Shown here one piece after another: positions 24,990 to 39,570 of a DNA stretch of 64,000 nt (positions within the stretch are counted from its first letter, which is position 1; every line of letters starts with the position of its first letter). Under the pieces are notes generated by a model. That model worked only from the letters and a program-made list of their open reading frames with translations, made no database searches and had not been told where the DNA came from. The position numbers and the translations under genes were made by a program. The DNA comes from Octopus vulgaris (taxonomy: Eukaryota): the NCBI GenBank assembly GCA_951406725.2, contig OX597827.1, positions 81,034,001 through 81,098,000 on the forward strand. Reading direction: 5' to 3'.

Positions 24990-25224
24990 TATATATATAT
25001 GTGTGTGTACATGTATATTTATACACACAGATGGAAGGCTGATCTCAAAATGAAGATGACAAAGGATTGTGGTACATGGCACATTGCTATATCCAAGAAG
25101 AGCCATCCACTTACAGCAAAATTCATATCCTAACCTCACTTTGGCAATGCTTGTCTCTGAGGGGTTTTGCCCCACCAACCTTCCACACTAACCCACGTTT
25201 CAGCTTCTTACACCCAAAAACCCT

Positions 25225-25413
25225 CTGGTGATGGTGTCACGCAAAAAGCACCCAGGACACTCAGTTAAACAATTGACATTATGAAGGGCATCCAGCTGTA
25301 GAAACCATTCTAGAACAATGGAACCGGGTATGGTTCCTGGCCTTACCAACTCCTGTGAAATCATCCAACCCATGACAGCTTCGAAAATGGATGTTAAATG
25401 ATGATGATGATGA

Positions 25414-25416
<3 letters not shown>
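25225..25416 (+). mobile_element. Variant RTE-tail-related repeat
   Basis: AAAAGCACCC...AAGGGCATCCAGCTGTAGAAAC...TCCAACCCATG...GGATGTTAAAT(GAT)n then (TA)n. Confidence 0.75.
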
Positions 25417-25456
<40 letters not shown>

Positions 25457-25458
<2 letters not shown>

Positions 25459-25880
25459 CGCAGGAGTGGCTGTGTGGTAAGTAGCTTGCTAACCAACCAC
25501 ATGGTTCCGGGTTCAGTCCCACTGCGTGGCATCTTGGGCAAGTGTCTTCTGCTATAGCCCCTTGTGCTATAGCTTCTGCTATAGCCCCTTGTGAGTGGAT
25601 TTGGTAGACGGAAACTGAAAGAAGCCTGTCGTATATATGTATATATATATAAGTGTGTGTGTCTATGTTTGTGTGTCTGTGTTTGTCCCCCTAACATTGC
25701 TTGACAACCGATGCTGGTGTGTTTACGTCCCCGTCACTTAGCGGTTCGGCAAAAGAAACTGATAGAATAAGTACTGGGCTTACAAAGAATAAGTCCCAGG
25801 GTCGATTTGTTCGACTAAAGGCGGTGCTCCAGCATGGCCGCAGTCAAATGACTGAAACAAGTAAAAGAATAAAGAGAGAG
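25457..25880 (+). mobile_element. SINE family A, full length, with a small internal duplication
   Basis: GGCGCAGGAGTGGCTG start; CTATAGCCCCTTGTG occurs twice near 25550-25595. Confidence 0.93.
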
Positions 25881-26202
25881 TATATATGTGTAACTGTATA
25901 AATGTTGTCTGCCTGACTGAAGACACCAATTTGCTAGTCTACCAGTCTACCATTCTCTAAGACAATCTACCAGTCTACCATTTTGTCAGCTGGTCTACCA
26001 ACCAACCAGTCCTCCGCCAGGTTACCAATCATGTATGTCAACCTAAGATATCAATATTTTAGCTGAGTAGGTGAAAAATAAGCAGTAAAAAAAAAAAAAA
26101 ACCCAACCAAATTATACTAAATACAAGCAAGCAAGCTTCATTGATCTTCACATATATATACATATATACACATTGGTGTGTGAGAGCATATATATATATA
26201 TA

Positions 26203-26308
<106 letters not shown>

Positions 26309-26373
26309 TATGTATATATTTGTATGTGAATGTGTAGGTAGATATGTATGTGAATATGTACATATAAGAATAC

Positions 26374-26412
<39 letters not shown>

Positions 26413-26559
26413 TTTGTATGCTCATATATATTCATATATATAAATACAAGGAGAAAGTGTGTGAGATTGAGAGAAAATGGAAAAAAATGTGGAACGCTTC
26501 ATGGTTTCGCGTGTCATCCTTGGAGTGTGTGTATATGTGTGTATGAAGGTGTATGTCTG

Positions 26560-26641
<82 letters not shown>

Positions 26642-26827
26642 CATTTATATATGTGTGTGTATGTATATATGTATATATATATATATATATTATGAAAGAG
26701 AGAGAGATAGTTACATATATGTACATATATTTATATGCATGTATATATATATATATATATATATACATATATACATATATATATACACACATATATATAT
26801 ATATATGTATGTATGTATGCATGTATG

Positions 26828-26873
<46 letters not shown>

Positions 26874-27066
26874 TGTATATACATAAATATATATGTGTAT
26901 GTAAATACACACACACACACACATATATATGCATACACATGTATATATGAATACCTAGGAGTGCGTGTTTGTAAATCTGTTTTCTCCACATGTGCAAGTG
27001 TGCGTCCGTGTTTCTATACATGTAAAAGATATATGTTTGCGTTTATTTGTGTCTGTGTGTCTGTGG

Positions 27067-27097
<31 letters not shown>

Positions 27098-27176
27098 TGT
27101 GTGCGTATGCAATGATGAGATGCAGTAAACTGCAGACTGTTTTGCCGCTATAATCCGTTTGATGTTAAGAAAGTCT

Positions 27177-27190
27177 GTCGCTATGGAAAC
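27177..27190. promoter_or_regulatory. Candidate RFX X-box
   Basis: GTCGCTATGGAAAC is close to the X-box palindrome GTTGCCATGGCAAC; lies in a short unique, CpG-containing island between microsatellites. Confidence 0.4.
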
Positions 27191-27348
27191 TCTGCTAGAA
27201 ATCTTCTCACATCTCACCCTACCCCTCTTATCACACGCTCATTCTATTCTTCTCTCCCTCTTTGTTCACTTTCATTTTATCCATCTCCCTCCCTCCCTCT
27301 CTCTCTCTCTCTCACTACATTCCCGATCCCCCACCCACCTTCGTCTAC

Positions 27349-27384
<36 letters not shown>

Positions 27385-27496
27385 GCCACTTTACAATTCT
27401 ATTTTTTTTCTCACTTTTCCATTCTATTGTCCCCCCCACCACCACCACTCTATTATTCACTCTGACTGTCTATCTATCTATGTAGCTATCTGTCTG

Positions 27497-27562
<66 letters not shown>

Positions 27563-27735
27563 AATCTATCTACTGATTTGTCTCTCTGCCTGATTATCTT
27601 TCAGTTTGTCTGTCTGTCGGTCAGATGGTATGTTTGTGTGTGTGTCTGTCTGTCTCTGTATCTATCTATCTATCTAACTATGGCTAATAAAGAAACATAT
27701 CTATCTATCTATCCGTCTGTCTATCTATGTATCAT

Positions 27736-27966
<231 letters not shown>

Positions 27967-28415
27967 AATCTGTCTGTCTGTCTGTCTGTCCATCCATCTA
28001 TCTATCCATCTCTCTCTCTATCTGTCTGTCTGTCTGTCTTTCTATCTATGTATCAATTTCTGTCCCATGTCTTCTCTCCACTTTTCTCTTTCAGTTTTCT
28101 AAGTAGGTATCTATCTATCTATCTATCTATTTATGTATCTATAGATATAGATATATAGACATATAGATAGATGGGTAGCTAGATATACATGCACAAATAT
28201 ACAAGATAGATGGATGGATAGACAGATAAATAGACGCACAAACATTCAAAAGTCCTGACACCCTCCCCCACACATACAAAACAACAATCAGTTCCACACA
28301 TGCACATAGACAGATAGAAGTATATCACAGACATGCATCAACACACACTGACACACACAGTGAAAACACTTATACACATGCACAGGCACCATTAAACACA
28401 CACACATACATATAT

Positions 28416-28491
<76 letters not shown>

Positions 28492-29241
28492 TTTAAACAC
28501 TCTTTACATGCACTTGTACATACATACATACATGCACACCTACACTCATACATATATATACCTTCACATAGACAACACACACACATATACATACATGTAG
28601 AAACAGAAGTGTAAACAGGACACACAGCTATACACAAGCCTACATATACATCTATACATACACACACACACACACACACATACAGATACATCCATATACA
28701 GACACAAGTTTAAACAGGCATACACACACACACATCCATTTACATACAAATACAGACACAATCATAAACAGACACACACACACACACACACAGCTATGCA
28801 CATACATATACAGCCATACATACATTCACACATCCCCATCCACACACACACACACATATGCATATACGTACATGTACAGACACATGTGTAAACAAACGCA
28901 CACAGACCTCCTCACACACACACCTCCACACACACCTATGCATTCATCCACACATCCACACATACATATCCATACATTTATATATATACATGGACAGACA
29001 CAAATGTAAACACACACCAGAGACTCAGCCTGTCTCTCCACTGTGCAACCAATTCACCAGTTGTCTGGAGAGTAGCAGGTTTATGGAGGAGTACTGTATA
29101 TATACATATACATATATATATATCCTCTGTGTGTGTATATACTACTGGCTCTGGTGAGTATATATACATATATACACATATCTATATTGTCTGTTCCATA
29201 CTTTGTCTTCACTCTACACTTATTCATATATAGTTGACTTT

Positions 29242-29312
<71 letters not shown>

Positions 29313-29802
29313 CATCATATATATATATATTGCTGACTAGTGTGTATATATATTCTTGTGTATTGCTGACTGGGCTGTATAACCTGTTGGATCTATGTGT
29401 GTATATTTTATATATTATATATTATGTATATGTATACAACTGGCTCTTTTATATACACCCTGTCTTCCTTGTCTATATACTGATTACATGTTAAAAATAA
29501 TATATATGATGCTCATTTGTACATACATACACACACACATACATATATGTGTGTGTGTGTGTGTGTTTGAGTGTGTATATTAAATACTGGCTGGACTATA
29601 TAAAGCTGGAAGATTTGGAGTGCATATTATATATATATACCGCTGGATCTGGTGTATATATATACTGTTTGTTGAGACTAAACATTGAATACAGTGCTGT
29701 ATAATATATATCCCTTAGTCAGGTATATATATCATATTTATTGCTGACTTTGCACTCTCTTTCTCTCTTTCTCTCTCTTTTATAAATGTATGGGCATGGT
29801 AA

Positions 29803-29842
<40 letters not shown>

Positions 29843-29962
29843 AACATACAAACATGTATATATATATATGTATACACACACACACATATATATATACATA
29901 CATGTATGTATATGTATATGCACATATAAATATACATATACATATATATATGTGTGTGTATG

Positions 29963-30001
<39 letters not shown>

Positions 30002-30607
30002 ATATATGCATGTGTGTGTATGTATATTGCTGGCTCTGGTATGTATACACAACTTATATCGTTTAGACATTGACCACACAGATGTATATAATATACAGAT
30101 AACTCAGGTGTATATATAACATTGTAGTACATTGTCTATATATTTCTGGCTGTTGTATATTAACAACAGTGGCACTAATGCGTGTGTGTGTGTGTGTGTG
30201 TACATGTATATGTTTAAATATGTATAAATATATATATATACATATATATGTAGATGTGTGTGTATATATGTTTGTATGAATGTGTATGTGTGTGTTTATA
30301 TATATATATATATATATGTATGAATGTATATAGTCACACATACGCATACACACACACACACACACACACACATGCTACCTGTGGTGTTTTTGTACAGAAT
30401 GCTGACTCAAGTTTCTATAAGATCTGATTCGACTGTGGTGTGTATAAATGCATAGATTGCTGACTGGGCTGTTTTAATAAGTAGCAATATTCATAGGGGA
30501 ATATACATACTGATTACACACACACACACACACACATCTATTTCCATACATGCATAATTTTGTAAATATATATACATACATGCACAAAGACACACACACA
30601 TATATAT

Positions 30608-30652
<45 letters not shown>

Positions 30653-30725
30653 GTACATATGTATTTGCAGATATTAATACATATGTATATTCATAAAGAT
30701 ATATATATATATGTATGTATATATA

Positions 30726-30756
<31 letters not shown>

Positions 30757-30816
30757 ATGTATGTATGTATGTATGCATGCATGTATGTATTTATATATAT
30801 ATGTATATACATATAT

Positions 30817-30859
<43 letters not shown>

Positions 30860-31405
30860 TTAATATACATATAAATATATATACATATATACATATATAT
30901 ACATATATATGCATATATATGCATATATGTGTCCATCCACACACACACATATATTCTTTCCACCTCATGCATATAGATGAAATGTATAGACACACCCACA
31001 GACACCCACACATATGCATATGTATATATATATATATATATATACTTACACAGTCTTTTTATCAATATGTATGAGATGAATAAAATATATATATCTGCTT
31101 CCTCCAGGGGCTCTTCAAGGTCATATGCATACATAAATACAAACGTGTATATATATATATATATATAGTAGATATGTTCTTATATATATATATGTGTGTT
31201 TATATACATGTATATATATGTATGTATGTATATGTATGTATATATATATAATTTCATACATGCATTTGTATATATATATATGTGTGTGCGTGTGTGTGTA
31301 CACATGCATATATGCATATACATGTACATATACATACACATATATATATGCACATACATGTGTGTGTGTGTGTGTAATAAAAGATGGCCTTATTATGAAT
31401 GAAGC

Positions 31406-31502
31406 TATGATAGGATTCTTTACTCCACCGAAGTAGGTAAAGTATATGTGGCCAACCTGGAGCAATGCCCTGTACTTTGTTCATCTCTGATGTAAGTTCC
31501 CT
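31406..31502 (+). repeat. 97-bp segment duplicated in inverted orientation at 32648-32744
   Basis: Direct comparison: 2 mismatches in 97 bp. Confidence 0.95.
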
Positions 31503-32171
31503 ATTACCATCTTCTCCAGTTTCTTGTCCCCATAAACCTCATGTTGCTCTTCCCCATGCAGCTCCCACTGCTATCACCATGTGACCCTTGGGGTCACTTT
31601 AATGTGCCCAACTCTGTAGGAAGCATTTAAATAAATTAGTTTGAAGGTAGCTTCCTCACTTCTACTCCACTTCATGAGCCCTAAACAGAGCCCTCATCAC
31701 TGCCCTATCCCTTTACCAGTCATGTAGAGGTCATGTTCGCTGTTCAATCTGTTCCTAAGTCATGGAGGTTCCAAAATTAGGGTTGATGGTGGTTGTCCTA
31801 CCCGACCCCCATTAGCCAAGGGGACCCAAACCATGAGGGGTCCTCTTTGCTTCTTTTACTGTTTGAAGCCAATAAATTATTTCATTTCTTAAAATTTTGT
31901 TCCTCTTCCGCTGCTTCCAGCCAGTTTACCATGGCCATGTTGGAGCACTAATATGGTATTCAGCAACAAGTTAATATGAGTCAGTGAGTCTCCATGTGGT
32001 TGTTTGACTCACTAGAAATAGTAGCAAGAACTCTCTTTCAGATAAGGTAGGACAATGGAATTGTGATGGTTGTGGATGGAACAGTTTTGATAATAGGTTT
32101 GATTGATCCAGGATGGCTTGGGGCTGAGCAACAACAATGGGTCCTATTAACAAAACTGGAAACAGACAAAG

Positions 32172-32202
<31 letters not shown>

Positions 32203-32745
32203 AATGCAATATATTGCTTGCTGTGCAAGTTGTGTTATTGATCTAGACTACACAGATCAATAATTGGTACAGTTATTGTCACTATTGTTATTGCTGTTGT
32301 TGGTGTTGTTGTTGTTGTTGTTGTTTGTCTCTACCTGTTGATAATAGAGAGTCGGTGTACCAGTGTGTGGGTGTGGGGTAAGATTCTTGTTTGGAAAGGA
32401 AATCCTGTCACATTTCAAGACGGGAAAGAAACAAATGCTTTTTTACTCTTAATCGATACATTTAATCGAGAAAACATTTCTCCTCTCTATCGGTGATATT
32501 GTCCCGTCTATTTGGCAAATTTTTCATCCCCTTGGGTGTAAAATTCTTCAGGTTTGGAAGCAGAGTAATACTCAATACCACTTTTAACCCCTTCAAAATT
32601 AATAAACTGTTTTCCCTCCAAATAATATTGCAATAATCTGACAAGACAGGGAACTTACATCAGAGATGAGCAAAGTACAGGGCATTGCTCCAGGTTGGCC
32701 ACGTATACTTTACCTACTTCGGTGGAGTAAAGAATCCTATCATAA

Positions 32746-33133
32746 CGAACTGGCAGAAACGTTAGCACACCGAGCAACATGCTTAGTGGTACTTTATCTG
32801 TCTTTACGTTCTGAGTTCAAATTCCACCCAGGTCGACTTTGCCTTTCATCCTTTCGGGGTCGATAAATTAAGTTACACACTGGGGTCGTTGTAATCAACT
32901 TAATCCGTTTGTCTGTCCTTGTTTGTCCTCTCTGTGTTTAGCCCCTTGTGAGTAGTAAAGAAATAGGTATTTCGTCTGTCTTTACGTTCTGTGTTCAAAT
33001 CCCGTTGAGGTCAACTTTGCTTTTCATCCTTTCAGGGTCGATAAATTAAGTACCAGTTACATACTGGGGTCGATCTAATCGACTGGCCGCCCCCTCCCCC
33101 AAAACTTTGGGCCTTGTGCCTAGAGTAGAAAAG
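32746..33133 (+). mobile_element. SINE family B dimer (full plus 5'-truncated copy)
   Basis: CTGGCAGAAACGTTAGCAC...GAGTTCAAATTCC; second unit starts at GGTATTTCGTCTGTC ~32967 and has a different tail. Confidence 0.88.
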
Positions 33134-33526
33134 AATGATCTGAAAAGATGTTAGTCAGAGGGAGCAAGGTGAGGAGAGAAAGGAGAATGAAGCAAAACTT
33201 CAATATTTGGTGCCATAATCTTTCTTCTGGGTGACTTGGCCAATATGTGGTCCTGCATTATTGCATAAAAGAAACACTCCATTATGAAACGACCAATGAT
33301 GAACCCTTTTTCTGCAAATTTTTGTGCAATGATTCCAAATGACTTCAATAATCCTCAACAGTTCCCTCCTGGCTTGTTTTGGTTTCACACTTCACAATGG
33401 ACAACAGCTTTCATATCCCATCAAAAAACAGAGCCTAACTTTTTACCAGGTGTACTCCTGGTCTGTGGATGGACCCTTCTGTTTCATTCAGTGCCAACCA
33501 TTGCCATTTGCATTGAATATGATTAA

Positions 33527-33745
33527 CCCTTTAGTGTTCAGATTATTCAATCAAACATAATGCCTATTGATTCCCATTGATTTGAATTAATCATGCATTA
33601 TCTCATGTCCTCAAGATCTTGATGGTGTAATTACTTAATGTAGAATAACATTGTAGGGTAGGTGTGAGAGCCTGGATCTGGTCAGTTTGAACATAAAACA
33701 GATTAGCTATTTTGGCCGGATTGGGCCGGTTTAAATACTAAAGGG
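33527..33745. mobile_element. piggyBac-type MITE
   Basis: TTAA|CCCTTTAGT...ACTAAAGGG|TTAA: TTAA TSD and CCC/GGG-ended TIRs. Confidence 0.85.
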
Positions 33746-33959
33746 TTAAAGAGAAGCCAGTCTTTTATCACTTGTGATGATTCTATCCTGTCAAGTCTCA
33801 GCAGTTGGTATATTCTTCAAGGATTGGCAGAAGGCAACTCTTTGATGAAGCAATGGAATGATGACCGATCCACTGACCAGGTCGAGGCACAGAAGTGTTT
33901 CATGAATGATCTGTGAATTGATCTGTTGTGTTTACTTTGAATTTTTCTCAACAATGGTT

Positions 33960-34078
33960 TTCAATGGAACATGTAATGAAATGCCTTGCTCAAGGAGACA
34001 ACCCAGTGCCCAGTATAGGTATTGAACCCATCGCTTTCTGACCGTTTGCCCAACACCCTAACAACTGGGTCATGCACC
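33960..34078 (-). mobile_element. SINE family D-like, decayed
   Basis: Minus: GTGCATGACCCAGTTGTTAGGGTGTTGG...GGGTTCAATACC...GTTGTCTCCTTGAGCAAGGCATTTCATT. Confidence 0.7.
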
Positions 34079-34752
34079 AGGCTACTGATGCATTTTGTTA
34101 GTTTTGTGATTATAATTTGATATTTGTTAATGGTTGAGTTGGGGGGGGGAGGGGGAAGACAAAGCAGCGGTAAAGAAGCGGACGGTGCGAAAAGTGGTTC
34201 AACCACACTGTAAAGTAAATCATCATTATCATTATCATCATCACCATTGTCGTCATCATCTCCATCGTCATCACCATTGCCATCACCACCACCAGTGTTG
34301 GTAATAATGTACAAACATACACACATACATATATATGTACTTACATACATACACACAATTAGATACATACACGTGCATACATACACACACATACATACAT
34401 ATACATACAGACACGAATGCATATACATACAGACACGAATGCATATATACACACACACATACATATATACACACACATGCATACACACATACATACATAC
34501 ATACACACATACATACACACACATACATACATACAGAGAGATAATACACACGCGCACACACACATGTATGAAGATATGTATGCCTTTGAATAGATGCAGA
34601 GTTACATAAATACAGGTCCACACATCCACCACCCCCCATGGTACCTGTGACTATTTGGGAGAACAGAAGCTCTGGACTTAGGTTACAAAATAAACAGAAC
34701 CCATGATCAATAATTACTTCTCTGTTCCTTAAGGTTTCCCTCTAAATATCAG

Positions 34753-34848
34753 TTTCAAATTTCAGCACAAGGTCAGCAATATCAAGGAAAGGAGTAATTC
34801 AGTGATATGGACTCCAGTGTGTAACTGGTACCTATTTTATCGACCCCA
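34753..34848 (-). mobile_element. SINE family B, 3' fragment
   Basis: GCACAAGGTCAGCAAT...GACTCCAGTG..ACTGGTAC..TTTTATCGACCCC. Confidence 0.7.
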
Positions 34849-34916
34849 CTCCCTTCTGGTTCTGTGTCAGAAGAAATGCTGTGTCACCTTTTCTCCAGCA
34901 AGATAATAATAATTCT

Positions 34917-35142
34917 TTATTTCTTTATTGCCCACAAGGGGCTAAACGAAAAGGGGACAAACAAGGACAGACAAAGGGATTAAGTCGATTGCATCGACTC
35001 CAGTGCGTAAATAGTACTTAATTTATCAACCCCGAAAGGATGAAAAACAAAGTCGACCTCGGCGGAATTTGAACTCAGATCGTAACGGCAGACGAAATAC
35101 AGCTAAGCATTTCGCCCGGCGTGCTAACGTTTCTGCCGCCTT
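34917..35142 (-). mobile_element. SINE family B, young copy with perfect 17-bp TSD
   Basis: TSD AAGATAATAATAATTCT at 34900 and 35143; CpGs preserved. Confidence 0.93.
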
Positions 35143-36001
35143 AAGATAATAATAATTCTGCTGGCTCACCCCCTTAGTTTCCCTTCAAATAAAATTTAAC
35201 CCCTCCATTTATTCAGTACCCCCAAATAAAATATAATGTCACAATGACAATTGGACAATCAGCAATTTTCTCGGGCAATTTTCATCTTTGCTCTGTGGAT
35301 TGTGTGATTAAGTCAACCTCTTTGCAACATCAGGATTCCAAAAGCCATCACAACATACTGTAATATTAAACAGAGCCTTAAGTCAACCCGACAACTCATA
35401 GTGGAATTTAGTCAACTCCTAGGTGGTAGGAACTCATAAATCAAGGTTTTCCTGTCCTATTTTCACACCGATGGTGGAAATCCTGTAATTACTCAGGGTG
35501 CAGCTTGCTAGTATTTTGGTAAAACAAGAGAAATTATAATAAAACAAAATAGAATAAAATAAAAAATGTCATTGAGTTCAGAAGAAAGGCCAAATGAGAG
35601 GATGATGGAACTGTTGTGTATTCCTGAAGTCTGCACTATGCAACATCAAAGCCTCCTTCAATAACACCCCTGTATTGTCTTAAAATTAGGGATTGTTACG
35701 TGAAGCAATGAGGGGACTTGTAGGTAGAATTGGGCCTACAAATTGTTACATTGAGATATCTTTTAAAATGTTAACCGTTGTGAAAACAGGGACATCAAGA
35801 TCTATCAGTACCAATACTACTACTACTACCAGTGCCACAACTGTTCCTACCCTTAATACTACAACCAGGACTAGCAGCAACACCACCAAAAACACTGTCA
35901 CCAATACTACAGCCTTAAATACGATCTACACTACCACCTGAACTAGCAAAATAACAACCAGCACCGTTTCTTCTTAAGCTAGCAGGAATTCTATTGCATC
36001 C

Positions 36002-36839
36002 GTATGTGTGTATGTATGTATGTATGTATGCATGTATGTATGTATGTATGTATGTATGTATGTATGTATGTATGTATGTATGTATGTATGTATGTATGTA
36101 TGTATGTATGTATGTATGTATGTATGTATGTGTATGTATGTATGTATGTATGTATGTGTGTATGTGTGTATGTATGTATGTATGTGTGTATGTGTGTATG
36201 TATGTATGTATGTGTGTATGTGTGTATGTATGTATGTATGTATGTATGTATGTATGTATGTATGTATGTATGTATGTGTGTATGTGTGTATGTATGTATG
36301 TATGTATGTATGTATGTATGTGTGTATGTGTGTATGTATGTATGTATGTATGTATGTATGTATGTATGTATGTATGTATGTATGTATGTATGTATGTATG
36401 TATGTATGTGTGTATGTATGTATGTATGTATGTATGTATGTATGTATGTATGTATGTATGTATGTATGTATGTATGTATATATGTATGTATGTATGTATG
36501 TATGTGTGTATGTGTGTATGTATGTATGTATGTGTGTATGTATGTATGTATGTATGTATGTATGTATGTATGTATGTATGTGTGTGTGTGTATGTGTGTA
36601 TGTGTGTATGTATGTATGTATGTGTGTATGTATGTATGTATGTATGTATGTATGTATGTGTGTATGTATGTATGTATGTGTGTATGTATGTATGTATGTA
36701 TGTATGTGTGTATGTATGTATGTATGTATGTATGTGTGTATGTATGTATGTATGTATGTATGTATGTATGTATGTATGTATGTATGTGTGTATGTATGTA
36801 TGTATGTGTGTATGTGTGTATGTATGTATATATGTATGT
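36002..36839. repeat. ~840-bp (TATG)n tract with TGTG variants, directly at the 3' end of an R4/Dong copy
   Basis: Direct observation. Confidence 0.97.
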
Positions 36840-37990
36840 CATTATTCAGTTCTATTTCAAGATTTTTTTCCAATAGAGAAAGAACCGGTTTCTAACCTAG
36901 ATCCAAAGCTCCTTTATTGGAATTTCAACATCAACAACAGGGTAGTTTTGTATATATGTATATGTATATGTACATATTTATATGTTTTGTTTTATGTATA
37001 TATTCTCATGCATATAGTTACATATCTAGACATGTTCATATATATTTAAATGATAAACTTCTGGAAAGTTTTACAGATGAATTGGATCTGTAGTCTCCTT
37101 TCTGGATTTGAGAAGCCTAATTTCTCAAGATTGGTATTTAGGCAACGTGTTACATATCCCAGGGCCCCAATAATTTCAGGTATAAACCCAAACTTGTAAT
37201 CTGGATAGAGTAACTGCAGATTTCTCAATAGTTCAGCATAGGTGTTCTCTTTTTCATTGATCTTCAGTTTTATGTTAACATCCCCTGAGCAGCTGATTTC
37301 CACAACTGTACACAGTTTCTCTTCTCTATCGCAAATCATTATATCAGGTCTGTTGTGCTTACATTTTATTGAGGTATTCACTGGGACATTCCACCAGTAC
37401 TCCTTTTTTATAGGTGGCTATGGCTTTACCATACTGTGGGCTCTTATTTCTTTGTCTTTGGGGTTATCCTTTTGATGGATTTCATTACAGTGTCCTAGCT
37501 AAAACATCATGTCTCATCAGTAGATAATACTGTGATGACATTTTCAGACAACTGCTTATGATGTGGGTGATATCTTTGGTGTTAACTCCACAACATCTGC
37601 ATTGGTTATCCCATTTTGCTGCTTTTCCTGCATTTCTTGCCCTTTTGTGCATCAGGTATTTGGTTGACATTTCTTGTTCCTGGATTACAAACACAAACCC
37701 TTCGAAGTGAGAGCAATCTGGCTATTGGGTCATGATAGACTGTTTTGATGATCAATGTTACTAACATATCCATGCCTGGTTTCTGCTGAGGAAAATGCTC
37801 CTCTTTTCATCTGATGATTCATTGTCGTGGAGTCATGTGACTTCTTTGGTTATGTATTTAAGGTTATCAGACAAGGAATGCTGCTCAAGGAGCTGCTTTC
37901 CAGTTCTTATGATGTTATCAGCCTCATCTATGCAAACTTGGTCAAGGGATGCACTTTGACACTTGGTGGTTAAAAGATGTTGCCAAAGGT
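36838..37990 (-). mobile_element. R4/Dong-clade retrotransposon 3' fragment (second copy)
   Basis: FVIQEQEMSTKYL, CRCCG..KDITHIISSC, RHDV, HNRPDIMI, VVEISC, IIGALG; 3' UTR homologous to 17940-18135. Confidence 0.9.
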
Positions 37991-38749
37991 TGTCGCTGGA
38001 TGTGGCAGGAGGAAAATGTTGGAGAATGGTGCGTAAGTCACTGGGAGGTCAGATTGTTGGACCATGAATGCAGCTGTTGTTTATATTGTTCATTGTAGTT
38101 GTTGGTAAGATATGTACAGTTCGTTGGATCCCATCGGGTGGATCAAAAATAGTTCTGTATACTTGGGACTCCTGAAAGGCAAAATTTAGGAACGTCTGTA
38201 TGATGCTCCCGATTGAGAACTTAGTTGTCATAATTAAATGCATCTTGGAAAAATACTTTCTAGAAGAAAATGGAAATACAAAAACTTATGATCAAATACA
38301 AATTTAAAACATGGATGTGTTATACTTACGTTTTTGGAATGTAGTTTGCCAGCAGTCAATAAGAAACCACTTCTGAAGCCAAACCTAGCCAAAGCTTCAC
38401 ACATTCTGGACATTGGATTTATTGGACACATTGTTTCTTGATTACAGAACAGTGTAGTGACGATGTGAGTCAATAACAAACTATCTGAACACACACGTGC
38501 GAGTGCTCACACACACACATGCGAGTGCTCACACACACACACACACACACACACATGCATGCATGCATGCGCACACTCACGCATACACACATACATACAT
38601 ACAGTGGTCCGGGAATGAAATTTGCTTAGTGGAGTGCAAACTCAGGTCTAATTGTTTTTACAAACAAGGCCGTTTTTTTTTCCAGTCTTAATATCGAAAC
38701 AAACAGGTATAATTAATATCATAATAATATTCTATATGGCAAAGCAATG

Positions 38750-39570
38750 CTTCAAATCATTCCCCAAATTTTTCCAAACTGGTTCGTTTTGGTGATGAAG
38801 TTTTCCCAGAGGATGTGCAAAGTGTTTCCATTGCACAAGTTTTTATGTCCATGCATTACAGCCCAGTGTGTCAGACGGTGTTGCGTCATTGTGGTATGGA
38901 GTGAGGTCTTCAAACAGTGAAGTGTGCTGAACATTCTCTCACTTAATGCAACAGACACAGGCTTGCAACATGATGACATTCTCATCACAAAGACTGGTCC
39001 ATAACGCTTTCAGAAGAATGGTGTTTTGGTGAACAAAGCTCAATGCATCAGTGGCCAGGGCAATCGTACATCCAGCTTCTTGGAGGACAAAACCCAGAGA
39101 GTGGTTTCTGCAGTGTACAAAATATGTACCAGGAAACATGTCTTTTAATCTCTTTTGTGTGCCTGGAAGGTTTCCGCTCATGGTACCTGCACCATCAAAG
39201 ACAGAAGCAGCATAATTTTGAGTCCAGAGAAATGTTTAGGCAACCAAAAACATCCAGAATAGCCTTAGTCAGTGTGTCCAAGGTGTGGTCAGGAGGGTCA
39301 TCAAAGCTGAGGAAATCTTTGTGGACATCCTGGTTTTCAGAAATAAAACGACAATAATTGATTCTTGTTCCATGCCAGAGCAATCACATATAACATCAAT
39401 AAACATGGAATCTTCAACTTCTTTTCTCACCTCATGTGGGGTGTTATGAGCATGTGCCTCAAGGATTCCATTATGCAGGGTATCAGATAGGAAATGAACT
39501 CGTCATTTAAGCTGCTGACTTATTTCCGCACCATATTCTTCAGCAAGTTCTTTTCTGAGATTTACATAGT
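38750..39570 (-). mobile_element. Decayed hAT-superfamily transposase fragment (ZMYM1-like type)
   Basis: DFLSF...LTKAILDVF..LNI...C...DGAGTMSG...GTQKRLK...YFVHCRNHSL..VLQEA: DGA..MSG and HC.NH.L are hAT catalytic-region motifs. Confidence 0.85.

Larger units (their letters stand above)
32385..33960 (-). mobile_element. Decayed mariner transposon with nested SINE-composite and MITE insertions
   Basis: Minus frames: DRIITSD, PNIEVLLHSPFSPHLAPSD.HLFRS, LQYYLEGKQF...SKPEEFYTQGMKNLPNR; the reading continues across both insertions. Confidence 0.85.
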
